DNA of 64,000 bases from Vitrella brassicaformis CCMP3155 (lineage: Eukaryota; Protista; Chromerida). The notes under the pieces were generated by a model. That model was not told the origin of the DNA. It saw nothing but the letters and a program-made list of their open reading frames with translations, and did not search any database. The position numbers and the translations under genes were made by a program. Shown in pieces: positions 50,801 to 61,254 of the stretch. Each line of letters opens with the position of its first letter. The stretch's first letter is position 1. The stretch covers positions 62,387 through 126,386 of the forward strand of contig CDMY01000311.1 of NCBI GenBank assembly GCA_001179505.1. The letters are read 5' to 3'.

Positions 50801-53800
50801 TCGTTCTGATACCGCTGAGCAAGGGACACAAACTGCTCCCATGACACCTCGGTGCCTGCACGACAGACAGACAGACAGACAGACAGAGGGGCATGTGTGT
50901 CGTGTGGGGGAGTGAGTGGTTGGAGGGTGCCGACCAACCGACCGACCCACCGATGAGTATCTGTGACGAGATTTCCTCTGGTGAGGGTTTCTCGTAGACG
51001 TCGACCTTGTATCTGCCTAGGTTGCCCAGATCCACCATGCGGGAGGTCTTGAACTCAGTGTACCTGTCCACCACACACACACACACACACACAGAGACAT
51101 TGCTGAGTCGGCACAAGTGGGTGTGTGGGTGTGTGCTGACCCTTCCTCCTCGCAAGTGCCGCTCTTGAGTGTGCCGAGGCTGAGGGCCAGCACGCGCAGG
51201 GTCACATTGAGCTGCAGACAGTTCTTGGCCACGATGCGGTAGGCAGGCACCACCTGACACACGAACGACACACAAGTACGCCGCAATGCACATACATGCC
51301 CTCCCTCTGTGTGTGTGTGGGTGTGTGGGTGTGTGTGTGTGTGTGGCTGTGACCTCGTCGAGTGGGTCGTCCATGCCGACGAGTATCATCATGCTGTCGA
51401 GGGCTGCGGTGGGCTGGGGGGCCGCAGATGACGTCGATCGCAGAGAGGGCCCTACGGCTGACGTAGTGTGTGTGATCAGGACACAATTCGGCACACAAGT
51501 ATGGATGGATGGGCACAGACGAGAGGGCGTGTGTGTGTGTGTACATTTCTTGGCTTGTCCGAGGAACTGCTTCCAGTCGTTGACGAACTCGTTCCATTTG
51601 GCATCTGCATGTGTGTCATGACACACGCATCGCATCCATCACCCATCCCCACACAGACAGACAGACAGACAGAGAATGGACTGAGTGTACGTAGCTGTCT
51701 GCATGGAAGCACACATATATACATGTTTTGTTGGAGAACTCGTTGGCCGCGTTGCCGAACTTGTCCCAGTCGAAGATCTCCTTGCCTGACACACCAAGAA
51801 GACAACACACACACACACACACAGATGAGGGCGGCTGGTGAAGCGGTGTGCACTCCGGTCCACCCACCAGATGGGTACATCGCCTTGGTGTCTTGGACCT
51901 CTGAAGTGTCGCCCTCGGGTCTGGTGTAGGTTGCCAGCTTGAAGTCACGACCTCCCAACCTGCACACACACACAGACACACACAGACAGAGAGAGAGACA
52001 GAGTCCACACCTGGTCGATTTGTGTGCATCAGGGTGTGGTGTGTTGTGTGAAGCGCACTTGACTGTGGTGTCTGTCGATGGCTCCGTGAAGCCCACGGCC
52101 GAGCACGGACCTGGCGCACACACACAACCAGGTGGGTGGCTCCCATGGTGGCTGGTGTCGGTATGTGTGTGCAGACCAGACCTCACCCTCATGGAAGACC
52201 CCCAGTGAGAGCATGACGAGCTTCTTGGGCAGACACGCATCGCCGCACTCCTTGCCTGACACACACGGCGCACAGATGTTGGATGGATGGATGGATGGCA
52301 GCAGCCGCATGCACCTGCACCTACCAACGATTCTGTGCACCACAATGCACTCATCGTCGGGCTCCTCTGCCACGTCTGCGTCCTCGGTGACCAGCGTGGT
52401 GGCGCCGGGGCCGTTCGTGTCGTCGTCTTTGTCGTGCTCGTGCTCGGGCAGCGCTGCACATCCAACAAACACACAATCCCACAGCACACACACAGACGAA
52501 GAGAGGGCGATGTCGCGACGCATATATATGCTATGCGACAGGGTGGTTCGGTTCGGTTCGTGTGTGTGCAGACATGTGTACATTCTTTGGCCTCGTGGAC
52601 AAAGTGTGCCCAGTCCTGCTTGAACTTGTCGAAATTGGTATCTGACGCAGCGCAGGCAGCCACAAAGCAGCGAGCGTCGATGGCGCATGTGTGTAGAGAG
52701 AGATACCTACCGAGCTCTGTGTGTGTGTGTGCGCCTACCGTTCTTGGCGTTGCCGAGGAACTTTTTGGCTGCGTCGGTGAAGCGCTTCAGATCAGGCACG
52801 TCCTGCGGCTGTCAGTCACGCAACCACACACACATGGCCTGGCCCCCGTGTGGTGTGCATCTCTCTCCCTGTGTGGGTGGGTGGGTGGGTGGGTGTGATG
52901 TGATGTGTTGCAATGCACCTGTTGGGTTTGTTCGACGAGTGTCTGTGTTGAGCCCTCCTGGTCGTAGACCTGCACGTAGTACACGCGAGAGGTGGCGTTG
53001 GCGAAACTGACGCAACGCACCACCAGACCAACGCACACAACAGAGAGAGAGGTGTTCTTGTGAACACACATATGTGTGCTTGTGTCGGTCGGTGGTGGCT
53101 CACGATTCTTTGATGAAGTCCTCAGAGATCAGCCTCGTGAAGCCCGCATCACGGCACGTGCCCTGACACACACATATACACATACACACAGGGGATGGAT
53201 GGATGGAGAGATGGAATGGAATGCACCTCGCCGTGTGTCTGTGTGTGTCTGGGAGCGGAGTTCGTGTGGGTACCTTACCTGTGGTAGCATAGAGAGGCTT
53301 GCGAGTGTGGGCGGGAGGCAGGCCTCGACGCACTTGGCGCCAGAGACCTTGACGTGCTTGTCGACGGCCACGTGCATCTTGGGACCAGTCACACGCATCA
53401 CCGGCACACACTTGCTCTGCACAGCACACATGGCAAGGAGGGAAGGTCGGTGGCCGGACAACACAACAGACATACAGAGAGTGAAGAACATGGTGTGTGC
53501 ATGCACACCTTGGGGTCCTCTGCGCGGAGGGCGAACAGCAGGTGGGGCACGGCTGCACGCCACATAAGAGAGAGAGATGGTCAGTGAGTGGTCCGACCCA
53601 CCGCACTCCATCCCACTGACTGGTAGAGATTAGATACGTGTGTGTGTGTGTGTGTGAGGGCATGCGATGCGATGCTTGGCGTACATTTGTATGCGTTGTT
53701 GACGAAGTCCTTCCAGTCGGACACAAACTGATCCCAATCCACATCTGCCAGACGGACAGCCACACACACGCACACACAAGCAACAATCATGCACAGTCGC

Positions 53801-54333
53801 ATGGCATGGATGGCGCCTCGAGACACACTTAACTTACACACACACGGATGCGCCTCTCCCCCCCTCCCTGCCTGCGTGTCCCTCCCTCCCTCTGTCTCGT
53901 CGGCGGCGCACCACATGCACCTCACGTCGCAGCGCACCGACGCCGCCTGTCTGGAGGTGTCTGTGTCTGCCTGGCCTGCACATACCCTTCTTGGTCTCAT
54001 TGAGGAAGTGGTGTGCGGCGTGGAGGAACTTGGTGAAGTTGAGCTGCTTCTGCTGCGGCTGCTCGGGCTGCTCCCCCATAACGGGCTGGTCATTCTGCAG
54101 CCGCCGGAGGTGATCTCCATCTGCAGACACGCACCGCCCACACGAGGCACATGCACACACACACACACGAGCATCTCGCTAGATAGATGCATGTGTTGAT
54201 TGCATGTATGTAGTGCGACCCCCGTGGTTGCCTCACCCTGTGTGTATGGCTGTTGCTGGTGCGCCTCACTGGGCAGTGGTGACGCCGTGAGTGCGAGGAT
54301 GGCGCCACAGAGGCAGAGGGCGAGAGATGGCAT
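44252..54333 (-). CDS. Giant secreted modular repeat protein (roughly 40 exons): 4x helical+Cys domain, 7x HGE-P repeats, Gly/Tyr-rich DYSQ repeats, 2x Cys knots
   Basis: Signal peptide MPSLALCLCGAILALTASPLPSEA. Exons at 47620-46800 were checked to splice in one frame (REPKT|EAVDLVFAECSVV|PTAYP...DVQ|DPCSP...MD|AVSSATT), which links the upstream and downstream halves. One N-gap at 49995-50294 leaves continuity there unverified. Confidence 0.7.
48600..49440 (-). repeat. Recent ~670-bp intragenic tandem duplication (two exons plus intron flanks)
   Basis: The exon ALGQAPGA[TP]GAQPEQPEQPPMGGGEAG and its intron edges occur at ~48665-48750 and ~49335-49420 with near-identical nucleotide sequence. 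Confidence 0.85.
49995..50294. other. Assembly gap (300 N)
   Basis: Run of N flanked by G-runs, within the giant secreted gene. Confidence 0.99.
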
Positions 54334-54523
54334 GGCGACGATGGATCCCCTCCTGTTAGCGACAGGGGATCTGCGGAGAGAAAGAGGGGAGGGAAGGGAA
54401 ATTGAGCAGTCCAGCGAGCTTAAAACTGACGATCGCCGCAGTCTCCCTTCAGCCCCTCTGCAGAACGCAGCGAAATTCGCTGGAACGAGAGATGGATCTC
54501 AGTTTGACCTGCCTGTGATCGTC

Positions 54524-57213
54524 ATGCTCCCATCAGTCTTCCTTCCCCCCCTCCCTGGCAGCGTCCCTGCATCACAGGGGGAAGATGAAGAAGGTCAGGA
54601 GGAGCATCCGCGGCGTGCGTCCGATGAGGGCCCCGTCCTCCCTCTTCCCTCGTCCAGCCACACCAACAACCACACCCAGATGACCGTCGACACGGTACAC
54701 ACCACGGGCGGGCAGTATCGGCGGTCGTCGGCGCCTGCGCTCTTCTATGAGCGGCAGAAGTGGGACGCCGACTCGCCCAAGTCGTTGATGGAGCTGACTA
54801 AGGAGGAGCAGGAGCAGCTGTTGAAGTATGGTTACCCCACGGACAAGTACGAGCCGGACAACGAGCAGGACCGGCTGGCCTGCACCATGACGTATGGCAT
54901 ACTCGACTCACCACCAGAGGTACTGTACACAAGAGCGAGCGATACACTACCCTGTCTGTTTGTTTGGATGGATGGATGGATGGATGGATGGATGGACGGC
55001 ATCACGGCTGGCAGGAATGTTTTGTGAAGATATGTGAGATCGCGTGCAAATTGCTCAAGGTCCCCAACGCGAGCATCAACATCATCATGAAGGACACACA
55101 GGTCTTCTTCACAGGTAGGTAGGGAGGCAGGCGGGAAGCAGGGGCCGGGGAAGGGGAGGAAGCGGTCTCTACTTCTCTGCAAACCAATACACTAACTACT
55201 GCATGTGTTTATTTGATCGATGGAATGGTTGCCATGCCTGAGCTCAGGAAACATCCCAGGAGGCGAGGAAAGAATCATTCCAAGAGGCGAGTAAGGCCCT
55301 TCTCACTTGACCCATCTCTGTGCGAGATTGTTCCATCGACCCATCTGTCCACTTTTGCAGATCTGTCTGGTGCGTCCCAAATTGCCGCCATGGCCACTTA
55401 CACATGCGTGTGTCGGTGTCTCTGCCTGATTTTCATCCATTGGTTGCCAATGGCTGGTCAGCACTCACACCATCAACTATCGCGAGCCGCTGCTGCTGTA
55501 CGACTTGCCGTCCGACGAGCGCTTCAAGCACAGGGCATATGTCTCGGGCGACCACCAGCCACACATGAAGGTCTATCTGGGGGCACCCATCACCACCTCG
55601 GAGCACCACAACATCGGTTAGGGCGTGGACAGACAGACAGAGAGAGAGACAGACAGACCCCCGCGCTCCGCCCACTCAGGTGCGTTTTGTGCGTACGACA
55701 TCAAGCCAAGGCCTGACCTGGAGCAGAATGAAGACATCAAGGCAACCGCGGGGACACCTAGACAGGCCCGTGGATCCGTGGATCTGTCAATGGCTGCATT
55801 CTCTCTCTCTCCCGCAGACGCTGATGGAGTATTTCGCCATAATGGTGCGCGACCAGCTGGAGCTGCGGCGGCTGGCGCACGCACACCTGGCCGCCCTGCA
55901 GCAGAAGGGCGAACTGTTAGAGAAGCACCAGATGGTGGTCGAGGTGCTCGAACAGGGCGTGGAGAGCGTGCTGTCTCCTTCCGCCCTGCTCATCCAGCGA
56001 CTGAAGAATGAAGCCACCAGACAGTAAATACACGCGGCCCGGGGCACCGCACGTTTGTATACTAAGTCAAGTGACTTGGTCACAGGTATTCCTTTCTGGC
56101 CTTGGATGCGGTACGCTTTGTCTTGGCGGTAGTGTCGTTCGCTTTGCTGCTGGACTCGGCCATCGACGAGGGCGGCCGGTGGGACTATACCCTCGCCGCC
56201 ACACTCTACGGCATCATCTTTGTGAGCACACAAACAACACAAGGCCGACCCGCCGGCCATTCGTTTGTTCATCGGTGGGTCTGTCCTGTCTGGGTCTTGA
56301 CGAATGTCAGGTGGGCGTGTCATTTGGTGTGTGCAAGAGTGTGCTGGCTCGTCTGCGGTTGCTGAAGGAGATCAAGCGACAGCGGACACACGGGAGCAGG
56401 TCTTTTTTCTGGCGGACGCTGCGGCTGGGGTCCCGGCTGGCTTTGGGGTCCCAGAGCTGGGGGCACGACGAGGAACAGCCTCAGGTTCCTGAGGCTGAAG
56501 CGAGGAAGGTCGACACAAAGGACATCGACACTCTAGAGGTAGGTGAGGTCCGCTGTGTGGACGGATGGATGGAAGCATGCATGTCTCTGCACACGAATGC
56601 AGGAGAAGCTGGAGACATGTGAGAGGCAGCTGCTGGAGGCCAAGGCCATGGTGTGGACGGCGCTCCTCGAGGACATGCCATCGGTGTTTGTGCTCTTCTG
56701 GATCATCGACTGGTTTATCATCAGCAAAAAGGTCCGCGCCTGCACTGCAGGCAGACGATAAACAGAGTCTGGTCAGATCCAATACTCCCTCTCTCTGTGT
56801 CTGTGCGTGTCGTTTGTTGGGCTGACGAACTGACTGGCAGGACAGCGAGGAGGTGTTCTCCCGTGGCCTGATGCTGCACCTGGGTGCGGCGCCGCTGCTC
56901 CTCGCTCTCCTCTGCAGCGCCCTGGCCTTCGGCTTCAAGATGTTGCTCGCATTGCGGTACTTCGAGCTCAAAAACGAAAAGGAAGAGGTGCGTGGAAGAC
57001 CAGCTGCCCAGCCGGAACGACACAGCACCACACAGAGACATCCATCCATCCATCCGTCCATGCATCCGTCCATCATGTGTGTGCTGTATGTATCTATGGG
57101 TGGCGAATGCAATGCAGCTGCGTCACGAGCTGTTCAGCGACTACGACCCGTCCAAGCTGCAGCTGTCCGAGATACGCATGCGCAAGGAGGGGGAGGCCAA
57201 GAAGACGGCCTGA
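54524..57213 (+). CDS. GAF-domain protein with coiled coil and 4-5 C-terminal transmembrane helices
   Basis: GAF motifs: NEQDRLACTMTYGILDSPPE, ICEIACKLLKVPNASINII, PRGESVCTHTI, DLPSDERF...YVSG...VYLGAPITT...IGAFCAYDIKPR. These are followed by QLELRRLAHAHLAALQQK and hydrophobic helices (FVLAVVSFALLL, TLAATLYGIIFVGVSFGV, LLEDMPSVFVLFWII, PLLLALLCSALAFGFKMLLAL). Confidence 0.85.
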
Positions 57214-58250
57214 CTGACTGACCACCGGCTGGCTGGCTGCATGACATGGCTCGCCTGCCTACACACGCGACAGACAAGACCTACACACCGGGGGAGGGAC
57301 GGGGCACGCAATCATAGATTGGTAGACAGGTGGCCGGCTAGGTCTTACCTACCTTTGTGAGTCCTTCTGGTTTTATCTTTTGGCCCCCGCACAGTCAGTA
57401 AGTACATTACACCAGTGGGTGCCGTGGGTACACATGACTGACAAGTGTGGGAGGGGTGTGGCGTGGGTTGGTGGTGGGTGAGAGTCAGTTGTTTCTTAAT
57501 TGAGGTCTAGCTAAAGACTTGGAAAGGGTGTGTGTATGAACGGTGCGTTGCTTCGTGTCTTGTCGTGAATGCATACAAGTGAGACCCAGTAATGATGTAT
57601 GTCATGAATGCGTGTTCTGTTTTGGTCAGTGCATTCACCTCCATCATTTAGTATTCAGTGTTTGTGTGTCTACCGTTCTCTCGCCGGCATGCGACGCGAC
57701 TTCACTGGCGACCTCAGACACACAGACAGCCCGACAGGCTGGCCGGCCTCTGTGTGTTTGAGATCCCTCTCCCTCGTCGGCGACAGCCGGCCAAGTAAAC
57801 TGGGAGAGCACAAGACCAAGTAGGAGAGGCAGCACCTAGTTCTTTACATGGACTGACTACATCGCCTACCAGCCCCACCCCTACTCCACTCAGTCAGACA
57901 CTCAGACACACATTTCTCTGTTGTGGTCGCTCATCCATCTACAGCGAGTCAGTCAGTCTGTCAGTGATACAAAAAGACTGCACAGTCAGTCAGCGATCCA
58001 TCCGCCACACCAGCCAGCCTAGTAGTATGTGTGTCGTCTCCCTCCCTCCCTCTCCCCCTCCCAATTTCAGTCCGTCCGTCTGTCCGCCGTCGACTGAAAA
58101 ACCGATACGTACAAATAAACAAATCTACACAGACCACCCCAATCCAATCAACCGCCGGCAGCAAGTAGCCAAGGCAGCGATTAAGCTAGTGCCAAGCCGC
58201 CCCACCCTCCTCAAGCCATCCATCCATCCATCCATTCATCCAGGGCCTCC

Positions 58251-58940
58251 TCATTCCATTGGTGTGATCTCCTCCTGCTGCCCCAGCGTGTCCATGCCTG
58301 TGTCCGAGCGCCCCAGCCTCAGCTCGGTCACCTCGCGCGTCGCCTCGCCGCCGCCGCCCGTGATGTGGGCCAGCCGCTGAGGTTCGACGGTCAGCGACGC
58401 CAGCATGGCCGGCTGCCGCACCGCCAGCTGCCGGAACTCGCTGAAGTCGATGAACCCGTTGTGGTTGACGTCGGCCTGCCGGAACGTCTCGTCGATGAGC
58501 GAGGCGCTGTTGACGACTCGCCGAGTGCTGCCGTGGCCCTGCAGGGAGGCCTCCACGAGCTGCGCCAGCTCCTCCCGCGAGATCTGCCCATCCCCGTCGA
58601 TGTCATAGATGCGGAAGGCCAGCTTGACCTTCTCGTCGAGTGAGCCGAGGCCGAGCACCGAGAGGCCGTTGAGGTACTCGCGGAAGTTGAGGACGCCGTC
58701 GCCATTCGTGTCGAAGACCCGGAAGATCTGTCGTGAGAGCTCGTTGCTGCCGTCCATGCCGATGGCGCAGCAGAATTCCCCCAGGTCGATGACGCCATCG
58801 TCCTCGCCGATGGCCGAGAGCTGCCGGAAGTGGTGAAAGATGCTCAGCACCTGGTCGGCCGTGAAGTGCGTCTCGTCGGCGAACAGCTTCAGCTCACTGG
58901 TCGTCAACCCAGTCTTGGGACGCGATATGCCAATTCCCAT
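58251..58940 (-). CDS. CBL: Calcineurin B-like EF-hand calcium sensor, N-myristoylation motif; intronless
   Basis: MGIGISR (MGxxxS), ETHFTADQV, DDGVIDLGEF, FDTNGDGVLNFREY, GSLDEKVKLAFRIYDIDGDGQISREEL and ADVNHNGFIDFSEF. Confidence 0.9.
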   Translation of the reverse strand: MGIGISRPKTGLTTSELKLFADETHFTADQVLSIFHHFRQLSAIGEDDGVIDLGEFCCAIGMDGSNELSRQIFRVFDTNGDGVLNFREYLNGLSVLGLGSLDEKVKLAFRIYDIDGDGQISREELAQLVEASLQGHGSTRRVVNSASLIDETFRQADVNHNGFIDFSEFRQLAVRQPAMLASLTVEPQRLAHITGGGGEATREVTELRLGRSDTGMDTLGQQEEITPME

Positions 58941-59160
58941 CGGCCGCGCGGCCACACGATGTCATCCTGCACACATGCGCCGCTGCCGATGCCGCCGTCA
59001 GCTGTTGACTGCAGTCAGCGAAGGCGGCAGCGGCGATGCTCTCGAAGCTCGAGGCCAGGACTGCCTGACGGCAAAACAAACCATGCCGCATGACAATGAT
59101 AGGAGTGGCTGAGGTCCGCTCACACCTCTGTGTGTTCTGTGTGTTCGATGATGAGTGGAC

Positions 59161-61220
59161 TTCGGTCGACAGATCTCGCCACCTTGCACCGGGAAGTGAA
59201 GCGGTCGTGGAGAAGAGAGGGAGAGAGCTGTCGAGAGCCAAGTTGAAGGGTTTTGCGAGATCGCAGGGTTTCAAACCCTGGTTTGCGAGAGGAAAAGGAT
59301 GAGAATGCAGCGCTCCTCGTGTGTGCATCCGCGTCCCTCATACGGCTTTGTGCCGTACCAGCCCGCTGTGTACCACCCCATGCCCCCCTTGCATGCCTTA
59401 TCTGGAGCGCCGGCGGCCGCACTGCCCATGAGAGGCTTCTACTACCACCCGCCGCCGCCTCCATACCCCCCTGCTGGCTGGAGCAGCTTCAGCGCCCACC
59501 CGAAGCCACGCCGCATGGTCCCTCCCACCACCAGAAGGGCTGCCCAGCACCCTCCCATCGCCGCATCGATGCGGCCACACCATCGGCAGCCAGCACAGCC
59601 ACGGGAGGCCATCGGTTATGTCGGCCGGGGCCAGCAGGGGTCAGAGAAGGGAGAGGGGATGGGATTCGTGTATGCATGTTGCGGCGGCCAGCCGCATCGC
59701 CGGGAGAGGGAGAGCGCGGCGGAGCTCGTCGTCGGGGAGGAGGAGGGCATCGAGGAGGCTTCGGTTGACAGATCTCGCCACCTTGCACCGGGAAGTGAAG
59801 CGGTCGTGGAGAAGAGAGGGAGAGAGCTGTCGAGAGCCAAGTTGAAGGGTTTTGCGAGATCGCAGGGTTTCAAACCCTGGTTTGCGAGAGGAAAAGGATG
59901 NNNNNNNNNNNNNNNNNNNNNNNNNNNNNNNNNNNNNNNNNNNNNNNNNNNNNNNNNNNNNNNNNNNNNNNNNNNNNNNNNNNNNNNNNNNNNNNNNNNN
60001 NNNNNNNNNNNNNNNNNNNNNNNNNNNNNNNNNNNNNNNNNNNNNNNNNNNNNNNNNNNNNNNNNNNNNNNNNNNNNNNNNNNNNNNNNNNNNNNNNNNN
60101 NNNNNNNNNNNNNNNNNNNNNNNNNNNNNNNNNNNNNNNNNNNNNNNNNNNNNNNNNNNNNNNNNNNNNNNNNNNNNNNNNNNNNNNNNNNNNNNNNNNN
60201 AAGGATGAGAATGCAGCGCTCGTCGTGTGTGCATCCGCGTCCCTCATACGGCTTTGTGCCGTACCAGCCCGCTGTGTACCACCCCATGCCCCCCTTGCAT
60301 GCCTTATCTGGAGCGCCGGCGGCCGCACTGCCCATGAGAGGCTTCTACTACCACCCGCCGCCGCCTCCATACCCCCCTGCTGGCTGGAGCAGCTTCAGCG
60401 CCCACCCGAAGCCACGCCGCATGGTCCCTCCCACCACCAGAAGGGCTGCCCAGCACCCTCCCATCGCCGCATCGATGCGGCCACACCATCGGCAGCCAGC
60501 ACAGCCACGGGAGGCCATCGGTTATGTCGGCCGGGGCCAGCAGGGGTCAGAGAAGGGAGAGGGGATGGGATTCGTGTATGCATGTTGCGGCGGCCAGCCG
60601 CATCGCCGGGAGAGGGAGAGCGCGGCGGAGCTCGTCGTCGGGGAGGAGGAGGGCATCGAGGAGGCTTCGGTTGACAGATCTCGCCACCTTGCACCGGGAA
60701 GTGAAGGAGCTGTGGAGAGCCAAGTTGAAGGGTTTTGCGAGATCGCAGGGTTTGAAACCCTGGTTCGCGAGAGGAAAAGGATGAGAATGCAGCGCTCGTC
60801 GTGTGTGCATCCGCGTCCCTCATACGGCTTTGTGCCGTACCAGCCCGCTGTGTACCACCCCATGCCCCCCTTGCATGCCTTATCTGGAGCGCCGGCGGCC
60901 GCACTGCCCATGAGAGGCTTCTACTACCACCCGCCGCCGCCTCCATACCCCCCTGCTGGCTGGAGCAGCTTCAGCGCCCACCCGAAGCCACGCCGCATGG
61001 TCCCTCCCACCACCAGAAGTGCTGCCCAGCACCCTCCCATCGCCGCATCGATGCGGCCACACCATCGGCAGCCAGCACAGCCACGGGAGGCCATCGGTTA
61101 TGTCGGCCGGGGCCAGCAGGGGTCAGAGAAGGGAGAGGGGATGGGATTCGTGTATGCATGTTGCGGCGGCCAGCCGCATCGCTGGGAGAGGGAGAGCGCG
61201 GCGGAGCTCGTCGTCGGGGA
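59161..61220 (+). repeat. Tandem array of ~576-599-bp units (at least 3 copies, interrupted by a gap) carrying a Pro-rich ORF
   Basis: The block aaggatgagaatgcagcgctc... recurs at 59295, 59894 (truncated by the gap), 60201 and 60777. Each unit encodes MRMQRSSCVHPRPSYGFVPYQ...GEEEGIEEAS. Confidence 0.9.
59901..60200. other. Assembly gap (300 N)
   Basis: Run of N within the tandem array; both flanks share the overlap aaggatg. Confidence 0.99.
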
Positions 61221-61254
61221 TTTGATTGTCATCTTCTGAGATGAACCATTCTCG

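Noticed and set aside
26823-58940. Functional cluster of UNC119 with myristoylated cargo (IQ protein, CBL)
   Set aside because: The genes are 3-28 kb apart with unrelated genes between them, so co-location is probably chance.
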